A stretch of DNA of 64,000 nucleotides. Source: Trypanosoma brucei. Taxonomy: Eukaryota. This document shows, in pieces, positions 23,800 through 35,613 of this stretch (position 1 is the first letter of the stretch; each line of letters begins with the position of its first letter). The position numbers and the translations under genes were made by a program. The notes under the pieces were generated by a model. It was not told the DNA's origin, ran no database searches, and saw only the letters and a list, made by a program, of their open reading frames with translations. The stretch is taken from positions 768,001 through 832,000 of the forward strand of contig CH464491.1 of assembly GCA_000002445.1 (NCBI GenBank), given 5' to 3'.

Positions 23800-25785
23800 C
23801 TATTTTACTCGATCACTCCTCTTCTTCGTGGAGAAATACGCATTAACCACGTTGTGACGCACACTCTCCACTGTGGCACCGTGCGCCTCAATCCGCTGGC
23901 GAAGCCCATCCATCATCACCTCAGCCATAACTTCCGCCGTTACAGATGCATCACTACAGCATCTGTTGCACTGACCGTACCAGTCCACCCACCACTGTGG
24001 CATATTAGGTGGATAGTAGTTGTCTGGGAGAAGACTAGGCATAAAGTCCTCTTCCACTCCGCGCACAATCCACGCACGTCGGCGGTTGCGCTCTTCCTCC
24101 ATCAACAGTTCTCTCTGTGATTCGGCTCCTGGCTCCTTTATGGAGCAATAGGAGGGCTCTGCTCCACGGGGAGCCACTCGCTGCTTGTAGCGCTCCTTCA
24201 CTTCATCATAAGCGCGTGCGATCCTATCCCCCAGAAAGTGCCGCCATGAGGAATATGAGTGGGGTGGGCTTCCGGTACGGCCGCCACTGCTGCTTCTTGA
24301 CGTTGAACCTGACCTTTCTGCGTCGTTGCATAAGTCATTTGCCTCGAAGCCAGGTGACGCCCCATCCTCCCGCCCCCTCTTAACAGCGATCCCACGCTGG
24401 AAAGAGTGGACCACAACTTGACTTCCTATCGGAGTCTCGCGTGAACGACTAAGAGTACGGTTTGGAGACACTGTACCACAGCTCTGAGTACTCTCTGTGC
24501 TTGAAGGGTCCGAAGAGTCTTCTTGTTGGGACGAAGAGGAACGACTCGCTTCCTTGTGATAATTTCTGTAGTCGTCAAGGAGATAACCCACGGTATGAGC
24601 AATGCCCATCAAATCATCCTTCTGTCCCATTGGCTTACCCAGGAAACCATTCAAGCTATGCCACCAACCGCCATATGGTCGCTCATAAAGGGTAGCTTCT
24701 GTAGAGTCGCTTGCGTCAATCGTCCCACGTCCAAAGTCAACCATCTTAAACATGAAAACAGGAGGACAACAGTGTGAAGGTGCTTTGTCTTTGTGATCAT
24801 TTGCATTAACAAGTCCGCTACAATCGTTGGCGACTTGAAGTTCAGTTTCATTCCAACAGAAATTCTCTGGCTTTACGCTGCGGTGTACTAATCCCCTTTT
24901 GTGAAGAGCACTAAGTGTTCTTAGCATCTCAATTCCCACTAAGCACAGTTCACCCTCATATAAAATGAAGTCACCCGTAAAGTCAAATAGGTCGAGTCCA
25001 AGAAGTTCCAGTCCAATAGCGACATGACCTTCTACTTGTTTAACAAAGAAGAGTTTCGGGCAAGGGGGTGGGGAAAGACACGTGTTAGACAACAACGGTG
25101 ATTCTCTGCATGTGGATGACTCGCACTTGGGGTCGCTGATGTCGCCCTCAACATCTGCGGCTACAAGATCACCCTTCCAACACTCACGGCACGAATGAAG
25201 GTACTCCAGACAGGACACTTCGCGCTGCACATGTTTTGAGAGTGAGTTCATTAATTTCACTGCGATGGGAATTGGTGCCACTGTTTCCCTGGCACCACCC
25301 AAATGCCCCTGAGGGACGCAGCAGTCGTTGGAGGAATCCTGTAATTGTTCTGCAGCATGAGAAGCCGTTCCACCCTCCTCACCATCATGTTCATGGCCGT
25401 TATTGGGCATCATATGTGCCAAGAACACTTGTCCATTGTTCCCGTGACCAAGTGACCGCACAATACGGGCGGGGATAGGTAAATTCTCCAATACACCCGA
25501 TTGTACCCGCGGTGTCGACATTGACGACGATGAGGTGCCAAATGTTGAGGAGTCGGTGCATGGGATTGTTGGAGATGGAGACCGCTCCCCACCTTGATTC
25601 GCACTGCTGAGGGAGCAGTTGACTGCCAACGCATCTCCATGCATCCGTGATATTGACCCCCAGTACTCCTCGACAGCACCTCCTGTCGTCTGATGGGCCC
25701 GCCTACCACCTGAAACGCAACGCGGCCGCCTGAGAGGCATCTCCCCGCTGCAAGATTGAGTTCCGCTAATCTTTCCTGCTAGCAT
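23800..25785 (-). CDS. protein kinase-like protein, CK1/TTBK-like, probable pseudokinase (HRD changed to HRS)
   Basis: 661-aa ORF. The kinase core elements are a Gly-loop 'LGHGNNGQVFLA', 'IAVKL' (VAIK), a catalytic loop 'LVHRSVKPENF' (HRDLKPEN with D changed to S), 'KMVDFGRG' (DFG), and a CK1-type 'QKDDLMGIAHTVGYLL' (compare CK1 'RRDDLESLGYVLMY'). There is a large insert between the Gly-loop and VAIK. The C-terminal tail is S/R-rich. Confidence 0.6.
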   Translation of the reverse strand: MLAGKISGTQSCSGEMPLRRPRCVSGGRRAHQTTGGAVEEYWGSISRMHGDALAVNCSLSSANQGGERSPSPTIPCTDSSTFGTSSSSMSTPRVQSGVLENLPIPARIVRSLGHGNNGQVFLAHMMPNNGHEHDGEEGGTASHAAEQLQDSSNDCCVPQGHLGGARETVAPIPIAVKLMNSLSKHVQREVSCLEYLHSCRECWKGDLVAADVEGDISDPKCESSTCRESPLLSNTCLSPPPCPKLFFVKQVEGHVAIGLELLGLDLFDFTGDFILYEGELCLVGIEMLRTLSALHKRGLVHRSVKPENFCWNETELQVANDCSGLVNANDHKDKAPSHCCPPVFMFKMVDFGRGTIDASDSTEATLYERPYGGWWHSLNGFLGKPMGQKDDLMGIAHTVGYLLDDYRNYHKEASRSSSSQQEDSSDPSSTESTQSCGTVSPNRTLSRSRETPIGSQVVVHSFQRGIAVKRGREDGASPGFEANDLCNDAERSGSTSRSSSGGRTGSPPHSYSSWRHFLGDRIARAYDEVKERYKQRVAPRGAEPSYCSIKEPGAESQRELLMEEERNRRRAWIVRGVEEDFMPSLLPDNYYPPNMPQWWVDWYGQCNRCCSDASVTAEVMAEVMMDGLRQRIEAHGATVESVRHNVVNAYFSTKKRSDRVK

Positions 25786-26504
25786 AGATGATGTTTAACT
25801 GGCTACCTAACACTACGTTTATGCACTTGAAAATTTTTTTTCAAAAAAGAATTTTTTAAAGGAAAAAAAAAAGCTCGATCCACTTGCGCACTCGCGTCTG
25901 CAATGGGAGATATACACTTAAGCGAACACAAACAGGTGCGTAAATTGAGAGAAAGCTTGAGCAGTAACAGGTTAGAGCATCCAGTGCCAAAAAAAAAAGA
26001 AATTGAACATTAAAGCATGTGCTTCCATCATGCTTTGTGACTGGAAATATGGGGAAAAGAAGGAGTGCCATGCGTTTCTCACGCGAACAGAAGTAGGGAG
26101 AAATTAGCCCAAAACGGTACAAATACATTCGCAGAAATGCATATCTAATTATTATGCAGTGAGTGCGCACACTTCACAGCGCTTATTGTTTCCCCTACCT
26201 GCATCCAAGTGATTGGTTGCTGCAGTATTCTCCAATGCGCAAGTAGTCCTTCCCTCGCCCCTCGCGTTGTCAGTTGATAACCACTACCTAATCGCTGCTT
26301 CTCCACTCTATAGGTTGCTAGAATCCCACTTTTTTCCATCTAATATATCTCCTTTTACATCATACATAACCAGTAAAAAAAAAACAACATACACACTTCC
26401 CCCAAACAAATGGAATGAGGCCACTGCTGCATTCCCCACCACTGGCAAGTCCCTCGCTTCACCTCACCAACGTATGTTCGACAAACATTTGTTTCTGATG
26501 CTGC

Positions 26505-28709
26505 TCACTCTTTCGTCTCTTTTTCATTTGGAGACCGTTGCCTAAAGCCAGCGGCCGCTGCCGCCGGGGCCTTTCGGTCTAGTTCTTCTGGCTTCATTCG
26601 CACCATATCGATGACAGCAGGCAACACAAAGTTGTCTAGAACATCGCACACGAGGTTCTCTGCCACTTCTGGATCGCTCAATATGTTGCTTGTTGGTGGG
26701 GGCAGTTGCTCTAAGCGCTGACACTCTGCTTCAATGGCTTCTTCCATCGCACACTCCTCAGCCACTGTGGCATAGAGGTCATGAGAGTAACACTCAACAA
26801 TATCTTCGATGGCACGAACATAAGCGGCGTACTGCACAGCCTCTTTGTCGTGTAGAATACGCTCCTGTGCACGCAACTCAGCCTCTCTGGCCTCACGCTC
26901 GGCACGGACAGCTTCTGCTTCGTGCCGCAACGCCTCCAATGCAAGAAGATCTTGCTGCCGTGTCATCTCATGGAACAGGTAGTCAAGTGTGTCGCATATG
27001 ATGTCACCCTGAGCCTCATTTCCTATACTGTCAGCTATAGCCTCACGCATCTTTTCTTCCGCTTCCGCCTGCTTCTCTTCAGCACTGCGTTCGGCGTATT
27101 TGGCATTCGACGCGGCTTGAAGCTCCTCAATAAGACCACGGCAGCGCTCCTTTCCATCGAAGAAGTCGTTCTGCACGGCACGACCCCGAAGAAGGCGTTG
27201 AAGAAGTGTGCAGCTTTCCTCCACAGCCTCATTGACGTCACCCTCCAATTCCAACGTTGGGGTATCAGGCCGCTGTGGTCGTGGAGTGGCACGGTACAGC
27301 TCAAGCACACGAATAGTCTCCGCAGGAGTATCACTTTTGTGAATTTTCGCATGAACATATTCCAGAGCCTCCACCACACGTGTGGCCTCCCGGCGCTGGT
27401 ACAACGACGGCAGTGAGTTTATAGCGTGGTTCTCTGGTGCAGCAAAAGCATTAGGGGCAATTTGCTGAATCTTAGGTATCTTATTTGCCTCTAATTCTGC
27501 GATACCGCCCTCATACTTCAGCATTGCGGGCTGAATATCATACTGCCTGTAATTTCTCAGTGGCTTCCGAGACCGGTCTCTCCGAGGTGACGCAGAAGCG
27601 GAACCACCGCCGTTGTTGGTGCATAATTGCGGTTCCACGGCACCGGTACCTCTTCTAGCATAGGTTTGGATCAGATCGGGTTTCCGCTTGAACGTTTCAA
27701 TGGGATCCACCGCGTACAAGCCGCGGCCAGCGGCAGCAGGCGCCTTTGAAGCCTGCTCAGCAAGCGCTTTACGTCCCATCCCAACGCGTTTTGACTCCAT
27801 TTGCTCAATGACCCGCTGTAAATTGGCCAAGCGCTGTTCTTTCACTTTCTCCAACCGTTGACGGTTTAACTCATCCCGCGCTCTTTCCCTCTCCTGAAGT
27901 GCTTCGTGAATTTGATCAAGACGCCGTTTCCTCAAATTTTCAAAATGTTGTTCTCGCTCTTCCCTCTCCTTGACCTCCAAGTCATACAACTTACAGAAGT
28001 TCTCCATCTTTGCTTCTTTACTCGTTTCGTCCAACAAAGACGCTTCCACTGCACGCCTGCGACGGAGCCGCTGGATGAGCTCTACCTCCTCCTTCCCCGC
28101 AGGTAGGCCTTCATTCCAGTGTAACTCCATGAGTCCAAGCACCTGAGGATTGGGGTCACCTCCTTCGGGAATGTAATAATTAGGGGTATATGGTAACGTC
28201 TGGGCTTCATTCTCCCGGAAGACCGTTTGCATGGCGGCGTCACACTTCCCATCGGTTCCAATGGTGCTAGCCAGTTTTTCTACACGTTTTGTACGTTGTG
28301 GTGGAAGCTTTACCGATTTAGCCTTCACAGGATGTGGTGGAGCCGCTCCGGCACGACGCGGAAGCGACGGCAGGTGATGAGGTGGGCCAACTAATCCCGC
28401 TGCCATCGAGGTGGGGCGGTCAAATCGAGTTTCCGCAAATGTACGAGGCAGATTCGGGGTAGTTGGTGCAGTTGCACTAAAGCGAACGGTATCTATACCC
28501 GAGTATCGCATTGGTACACCAGCGACCTCCACAGGTGGCCTAAAATACCGAACGCGGTCACGCCCTCCCACTTCCGCCGTGAAACCATTTGCACCCAACA
28601 CCGACGCTGGTTTCTGCTGCGTTCGGTAGTACATGTAAGAGGTAGCGACTTTATGGTACGCAGGAGTAAGTGAAAAATAAAGTACGTTGAAGGGGCAACA
28701 CGCCTGCAC
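26505..28709 (-). CDS. conserved hypothetical protein, E/R-rich coiled-coil (axonemal/cytoskeletal-type composition)
   Basis: 734-aa ORF with long 'EREEREQHFENLRKRRLDQIHEALQERERARDELNRQRLEKVKEQRLANLQR' helical charged segments. The N-terminal region is P-rich. The true start may be an internal Met (MYYRTQQKP...). Confidence 0.55.
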   Translation of the reverse strand: MQACCPFNVLYFSLTPAYHKVATSYMYYRTQQKPASVLGANGFTAEVGGRDRVRYFRPPVEVAGVPMRYSGIDTVRFSATAPTTPNLPRTFAETRFDRPTSMAAGLVGPPHHLPSLPRRAGAAPPHPVKAKSVKLPPQRTKRVEKLASTIGTDGKCDAAMQTVFRENEAQTLPYTPNYYIPEGGDPNPQVLGLMELHWNEGLPAGKEEVELIQRLRRRRAVEASLLDETSKEAKMENFCKLYDLEVKEREEREQHFENLRKRRLDQIHEALQERERARDELNRQRLEKVKEQRLANLQRVIEQMESKRVGMGRKALAEQASKAPAAAGRGLYAVDPIETFKRKPDLIQTYARRGTGAVEPQLCTNNGGGSASASPRRDRSRKPLRNYRQYDIQPAMLKYEGGIAELEANKIPKIQQIAPNAFAAPENHAINSLPSLYQRREATRVVEALEYVHAKIHKSDTPAETIRVLELYRATPRPQRPDTPTLELEGDVNEAVEESCTLLQRLLRGRAVQNDFFDGKERCRGLIEELQAASNAKYAERSAEEKQAEAEEKMREAIADSIGNEAQGDIICDTLDYLFHEMTRQQDLLALEALRHEAEAVRAEREAREAELRAQERILHDKEAVQYAAYVRAIEDIVECYSHDLYATVAEECAMEEAIEAECQRLEQLPPPTSNILSDPEVAENLVCDVLDNFVLPAVIDMVRMKPEELDRKAPAAAAAGFRQRSPNEKETKE

Positions 28710-29169
28710 ACGCTATATTTCTTATAGCGCAACCTCTTGTGGGCCCCACCGACGCGTTTTCTCACCCCACCGTGGATGAGAAAGTGATGAACCACAGAAA
28801 AAGAAAAAGAAGTTTCTAACAACTTTCCTACAGCGAAAAAAAAAACAGGAAAACAAAGAAAAAAAGGGCAAGGGGGAATAGTTTCGTTTGCGCAATAAAA
28901 GGTTAACCGAGTACAAAACTGCAGCACATAGCGGAATACAAAAATGAAGCAACCTCCTCTGGTGGGGCCGCACCAAGCACTAAGGGAGGGGACACAAAGG
29001 GAAACGGTAACAATTCTCAAAAGAAAATACAGGTTGAACACGAACAAGGATCAATTGTTGAGCTCAAAAATATATATAATTAAAACGCGGCGAACAAGAA
29101 TCAAACAATATCCAAAGAACCAACATCAATTGCATCGTGTCTTCTGCAATCACACTCTTGCGATAGAAA

Positions 29170-29700
29170 TCACGACTCCGCAGCATTCCAGCGGAAGATC
29201 GACGGCTTCACACGTCTATTTACCCGTGTTAGGTAAGGTCTAAACGTGTAGAAGGTGTATATCATAAACGGTAAACGAATGAATTCAAGCATTTCATTGA
29301 TAACGAAGGCAAACCCAAAGTTTATGTAAGTTCCCCATGCTTCTACGCGGCTGTAGAACCACTCCTTTTCAACATAACCACCAAGGAAGAAGTACATATA
29401 TTCGTAAGCAGCCTCTTTCTTGAAGAATCCTGTCGCAAATCCAATATACAATCCAAACAAACAACCCAAGTATGCACTGACGTAAAACAGGGTGAAGGCA
29501 ATACCTTGACGTTTAAAGAAATCAATCCCTTTCCTCCACCGCCGCGCGTCATCATACCGAAAGCGGTCCATTTCGGTATCAAAAATGCGGTCGGTTTCTT
29601 CCGCAACTTGTGTGAATCGGTCTCGTCGTGCCTTCGATTCCCTCTGTAGTTTATCCTTCACTGGATTTACTGAAGCGACGTGGTCATTCACTTCACTCAT
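29170..29700 (-). CDS. small predicted membrane protein (2-3 TM helices, glycine-zipper 'GCLFGLYIGFATGFF'), hypothetical
   Basis: The maximal ORF (to 30294) runs through a (CA)n microsatellite and a low-complexity stretch, so I placed the start at the Met of 'MSEVNDHVASVNPVKDK...' ('cat' at 29698-29700). The remaining 176 aa are a compact hydrophobic protein. The start choice is uncertain. Confidence 0.4.
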   Translation of the reverse strand: MSEVNDHVASVNPVKDKLQRESKARRDRFTQVAEETDRIFDTEMDRFRYDDARRWRKGIDFFKRQGIAFTLFYVSAYLGCLFGLYIGFATGFFKKEAAYEYMYFFLGGYVEKEWFYSRVEAWGTYINFGFAFVINEMLEFIRLPFMIYTFYTFRPYLTRVNRRVKPSIFRWNAAES

Positions 29701-30895
29701 GTAGTCTTTCGTGCTCTTAGTTATCCATGGTGCAGCTGTAGCCCGCTTGCGTGTATTGATACCACGCAGTGTGGCAGATGTTTGCTCAAACTGCACAAAA
29801 CGCACAGCCACAAAAAGGGCGCCAGAAAAGGAGCAGGAGGCGGACGAAATATTTGACAGGGTGTTGGAACCATCCGAAAGTCCCCTTCCTCCCAGTTTCA
29901 CACGCGAAAGAGGTAAGCGAAATGTTGCGCTAGAAGCGCATCGCAGTGGACACTTGCGATGCCAGAAAGCTTTAACGGGGCTCATTCCCAAAAACACACA
30001 CACACACACACACCAGAGTTTCTCCCAGCTACAGAGGCACCAAGCACCTGCTCTCAAAGGATGGAGCCAAAAGCGCACACGCTTTTTAAAGTTACCTGAG
30101 GTTCTGTGGGCTTTTTGCTCTTCCTGCAGTGATCTCGGCTGTTCACACGGCGCTAACAATACGGACAATACCTGAATTTTCTTCCCTGTTGTTGTTGTTG
30201 TTATTTCAAACACTGGCTGCCACCGCAAACGAAAGGGCTCCAACTGACTTATTGATTCAAAAAATCTTTCTGGGGCCCGATCACCAACTTTCACGCTTCA
30301 ACTCTTCTCTTCGGCGCCGCCAGTCTGCCAATTGCGGGAGCGGCAACAACTCACAAGGAAGGTAGGTAAACAGTTACCCAGTTAATGAGCATAGAGCGAC
30401 AACAAAAAAAGAAAAAGAAAAAAAAGAGAGCAATGAAGAAAGTGGTGGCGAAAGTTAATCACGGAGACCGACATTATGTTTTATATACCGAATATACAGC
30501 ACTGCAAAACACATACAAGAAGAAGAAACAAAAGGAACACACTGTACGTAGCATCCAGAGAAAAACAAAAGCAGAAGCACGGGCAGACGTATTGCGAGTG
30601 ATGGTAGGTAAAAATACATGATGCTCCCACAAAATGCAAGTTCGCGCAAATTTGCACTGGAGAGGGTGTCGCATGGTGCCCCAGCGTCCACCTCCATCAT
30701 GTGTGCCGATCCTGTAATTACACTACCCGAATTCACAAGAAAATAACAATACACACAAACCGCTATAACACATTTTCTTTTTTTTTTTGGAAAAGCAACC
30801 GAACGAACGCATATGTGAATGATATATATATATGTGTGTGTGTGTGTGGCTGTTATTCACAGGCACAACAAGACTCGAAACCCCTTCTTTTGTCT

Positions 30896-31696
30896 TTACC
30901 GTGAAGGGTAATGTTGCAACCTTTGAGGCGAGGGCATCGCATCACCAACAGTCTCCAACTCAACACCCTCCGCCGCTGCGTCATCAAAAACTGGCGGAAC
31001 TCCTCCCACTTTCCCGTTAGCCTTTCGCGTCGCTGAAGATGTGCCAAAAAAAAGGGCTGGAGAAGCGGAGTCACGCGCAGCGCGGGGAAGTTCATCCAGA
31101 AGTCCCGTATCCTCATCTACATCGTCAGCAGATATACCCGAGGCATCTTCGTAATCATCATCGCCAGAGGTTTCATTGTCATATTCAACTTCCCTCTTGC
31201 TATCATAATCAATATCAACACCACCAACATCTTCCTCATCCCTTCCGACGTCGCTAAACCCGTCACCAGATGCAGCAAAGATACTTACGAGACTAACCTC
31301 ACCACCGCCGCTTTGACTGCTGCAACCAATTAAAGTGCCGCTCATAACATCCGTGGGTTCCGATTCCATCACAGTTCCGCTACTGTTCTCATCAGAAGAG
31401 GTAAAACCGCTGTCAACCTTAATATCAACACTATCATAACGGTAATGATTCATATTATTTTTGTGCTCATCAGTACTGTGCCAAGCGGGCCACCCCGAGC
31501 CCACATCCACAAACATATCCTCAACGCTTACTAAAGGACGTGTGGCGGTATTTGTCGTCACATCACCCCACAAAGTGGCTGCCGCACGTGAATCCTCTGT
31601 TTTATGTTTTGACAAAATAACTAAACTGTCAGATATCATTCGTCGGTGCCCATAGCGGAAGGAAGAAACAGTAAGAGCAGCACAGCGGAGCACCAT
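30896..31696 (-). CDS. hypothetical acidic S/D/G-rich protein
   Basis: 266-aa ORF in the cluster orientation. The sequence is D/E/S-rich (DEEDVGGVDIDYDSKREVEYDNETSGDDDYEDASGISADDVDEDTG) and probably disordered. Confidence 0.45.
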   Translation of the reverse strand: MVLRCAALTVSSFRYGHRRMISDSLVILSKHKTEDSRAAATLWGDVTTNTATRPLVSVEDMFVDVGSGWPAWHSTDEHKNNMNHYRYDSVDIKVDSGFTSSDENSSGTVMESEPTDVMSGTLIGCSSQSGGGEVSLVSIFAASGDGFSDVGRDEEDVGGVDIDYDSKREVEYDNETSGDDDYEDASGISADDVDEDTGLLDELPRAARDSASPALFFGTSSATRKANGKVGGVPPVFDDAAAEGVELETVGDAMPSPQRLQHYPSR

Positions 31697-33214
31697 TAAT
31701 AAAATATATCACAAAGCGGCACCAGGCGTTACGCGGCGTTACAGTTCCTGACCTTGTGTCTTCCAGGTAGGGGCGACTAACCTCCGCGATGTTCCTTCTT
31801 TTCTTTCTTTTCTTTTTCTTTTTTTTTTTACTTACCCCCTTTTCTCTTGCTTCGTATTCGTTTAAAGATGTGGCCGTATGGAGGAAGTTAGAGTTACCGC
31901 AGTGCCGCACGGTTTCGCCTCCCCACCTCCCTCCCTTCAGACACGCACACACACTTCCGTTGCTTTCACCTCTCGTATCCGCAGTAAAGGGGAAAAAGCA
32001 ACAAAGAAGTTACTGTACTACCTTACAAAAATAAATAAATAATGTGTTATAAGTAGTAGTGTGGAAATAAAACAAAACAAATATTGACAGAGAATTTACT
32101 GCAATCAGCGGTAGGGAACACTGGATAAGCATAAACCCATAGGCACCAGTAAACAGAGGATGAGATAAGGAAGGGAAAAGCGCACAATTACAAAATACAC
32201 AAGAAGACATCGTGTGTAATCATCACGCGTGTCAACATGTCGTGCAGCCAAGGGGAGTTCCCCTGTTTTTTTTCTTAAAAAAACAATTTGAAAAGTGGGT
32301 GATTAAATAGTTTGACTTTTTTTTTCCTTGCTAATTTCTCATAGTGTTGGCCTGCTCTCAAATATAATGTTTCTTTCATGTAAAAGATGGGAAGGGAAGA
32401 GAGTAAACGAAGGTATTTTTTTTAAAAAAAAAAGTACTGAGGTAAAGTAAGAGGGTAAAAATAAAGAAACGGTGAGCGAAGGGGGAAAAAAGGGAAAAAG
32501 AATTTATGGCAAGTGCGGTAGTCAGTACAATAAATAATAATAATAATAAATAAACTACTGCACTACATCAAAGAAGTTGAGAGTCTACATACCGAACAAG
32601 TAAAAAAAAAAAAGACAACAACACCAAACGCGCATTTTTATGAAATTCTTCTTTTTTTTTTTACCATTCGTATTATTACAATATTTCAAATAAAAATAAA
32701 AATAATAGTAATAATATGAGTGGTAAAAGTGATAAGGGTACTAATGATAATTTTAAAAAACGGGAAGAGAAAAAGTAAGAAGAATAATAATAAACAAAAC
32801 ATGTGGACTGCGGTAAAGGAAAATACATAACAACACACAAATACCTTCGAATACATAGGTAGAAAGTGTAGAAATAGAAGCAAAAAGAAATAAATAAAAT
32901 GTGGGGGGGGAAAGAGAGAAAAAAAAAAGAAGAAAAGAAAGAAAAAAAACGGAGAGCACAATCAAATGAAGGCAGTTAATACTCAAACACCGTTTTCAGA
33001 TTATGTGTTTGTGTTCACTCCCGAAGCTCTTCCTTCAAATTCCCCCCCTCCCCCCCCCGCATTTACTCTATAATTTTCTTTTTCTTTTCTTATTCCTTCT
33101 TTACCGTCACTATTCCTCAGACTTCTACCGTTTTTTTTTCTCATCTGTTTTTTTTTTTAAAATAATTCTGATTTGCACTTTTCATTTTCTTCCTCAACCA
33201 ATAGACACACAGAA

Positions 33215-33260
<46 letters not shown>

Positions 33261-35613
33261 TAATTTATATTAATTTATATTTATATAGACAGACAGACAA
33301 ATATATGTATAAATACATATATTGTATTTCTTCATCTAATATAAATCCTCACAGGGTCGGGTATTGCATTGAAACACAAAGAAACCAAACCTGAACTTCG
33401 TCATAAAGGAGTAAAGCAAAACAATAAACAATAAGAATAATAATCTGAAGAAGAAGGAGGAGGAGAAGGGGGACAGAATGCGCATAAATAAGCATGCGGA
33501 CGCGTATTTGAACATTAATAAATGAAAAAGAAAAAGAGAAAAAACAAGAAACACAAATAACAGTTCATTGTGTTAAAGAGCGATTGACAACGTTCAAACA
33601 AACAAAAAAAACAAGAAGCTGAAAAGAAAGAAAACGAATATTCTGATAATGAAACAGTATCGTTTATCGATTCGTTTATTCATTTATTCCCGATGTTTCC
33701 ATCTTAAATACCCAAATACAAACACATTCTGCCCTGTTGTATTGCCTTGCTTGCTCTAATCACATATTTTCCTCTTTTTTTTTTTTCAAAAAAAAAAAAA
33801 GAAATTCTTTTCGTTACTTTCGTAACACTTCCCTAAAGTAAAGGTACCAAAACATAATCACTTTTATACTCATTAAATGAGTGGAGAGTCGTTTATTTCT
33901 CATTCCCTTCACTTCTTTCTGTTTTATTTCTTTCACACACACTTTGTTGATTGTTTAATTTATTGATTTTTTTTCATTAGCTAGTTTGGTACTCAAAGAG
34001 AAAACAAAAACAAAAACAAAAAAGAGAGTTGTCCAACATATTTTGGACAAAAAGATTTTTTTTTCTTTCGAATTAACCAAACTTAATGAAATATTTAAAA
34101 CACAAAATGAAAAGGAAAAGAATTCATCAAAACAAAAAAAAGTACAAAAAAACAAAAAAAGAAAAAAAGAAAAACACCACATCAGCAGTGCCAGCCAAAC
34201 ACGCGCATGAAATGTTGTGGAAAAAGGCAATGAGCATTGGTGAATATGAGGTGATCGGAAAAATAAAATAAAACAACGGTTACAAAAAAAAAAAGGGGGG
34301 GTGGAAAAAAAAAAAAAAAGAAAACATGTCACAACTAACTTATCACCACTTATTCATAAGGTTTACTTATACAAATACTATTTAACGGGGGGAAAGTAAA
34401 AAAAAACTCTATGTCATTTATTCATTCTTTAACTCACCTATTTACTTCATTTACTTTTTCTTCATACTTTACTTCACCGGTCACAGCCGTAACAAAAAAA
34501 AAAAAGAACAAACAAACAAACAAACAAATGGCAAGAACCACTTAAATAAACGCTCCTTCTCAAGCAAACACATACGCAGAAGCTGCCCGCATTCCTCTGC
34601 AATTCAACACGGAGCCTTCACAATAATAATAATAATAATAATAACAGAACGAGGAAAAACAAAAAAAAAAGCAACGAAAAGAAGAAAAGAAGAATAGAAA
34701 AAAAAAAAAGAGCATCGCTCACTGACTCTATGATAATAATAACAATAATGAAAATAAAGTAGAGAAGAAATTTGCCACATGGAATGGATGAAGCAGCGGA
34801 TCTTCATAACGCTGCCACTATTTATTTACTTCTCCCAACTCGGGCATTATTTTTCTTTTTTTTTGTCGTTGTTCTGTTTGTCCACCGCTGCGGTGAGTTG
34901 TAAGGGTAAAAATAAGGAAAGACTGGATGGGCGAGGGATTAAATAAAAATGGAAAGAAAAAAAAGTTAAAAGGCCGCACACAAATAATAAAAGCCTGAAG
35001 AGAGAACGAACTAAAAAAAAAGAGAGAGAAATGCAAACACACACACCTACATTTCTATTCGGTAAGCATCAACACTCTTGAAGTTACTCGCACGAGTTTT
35101 TGAATACATGTTATTTTTCCCTTCCCCCCTTTTCTCCGTCCCAACTATTTTACTGCACCAAAACACCGCGGTAAGGAGCTGCGGCACATCGCATAAGCAC
35201 CTGGAAGCGGCAGAGGTGTAACAATAAAGTAATAATCATAATAATAATAATAACAGTGGTGATAATTATTTTCATCCGCTTCCCACTTCACCTGTCACCT
35301 CTATTTCACTGGTGACGGTACAGTCGGCGGCTTAGAAATAAAACTGTCATCTCGTTCAGTTCACGCAATGCAACACAAACAAGCTTTCTTTATTTTTTTA
35401 AATTCATTTCACCCACTCCCTCCCCCATGCGTATGTACAAATATATATATATATATATATAAGAAGAAAGAGATACCCAAAGGCGATGATGAAAAAAAGG
35501 CGACAAACATGTGCGCGTATGCACCAATCGTGAGAGAAATGTACCATGAAACAAATACTCACATTGGTACATCAGACTCATTGAGGGGTGAAGGCGGCAC
35601 AATATGTGGTCAC
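31697..35613 (-). other. 3.9-kb ORF-free, low-complexity region (probable long 3'UTR of the WD40 gene plus intergenic spacer)
   Basis: Neither strand has an ORF with non-degenerate composition. The region is rich in A/T runs, (CA)n, (AT)n, (ATA)n and homopolymer tracts. Confidence 0.6.
33216..33260. repeat. compound (CA)12(AT)10 microsatellite
   Basis: 'cacacacacacacacacacacacac' is followed by 'atatatatatatatatatat' within the 3.9-kb ORF-free region. Confidence 0.95.
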
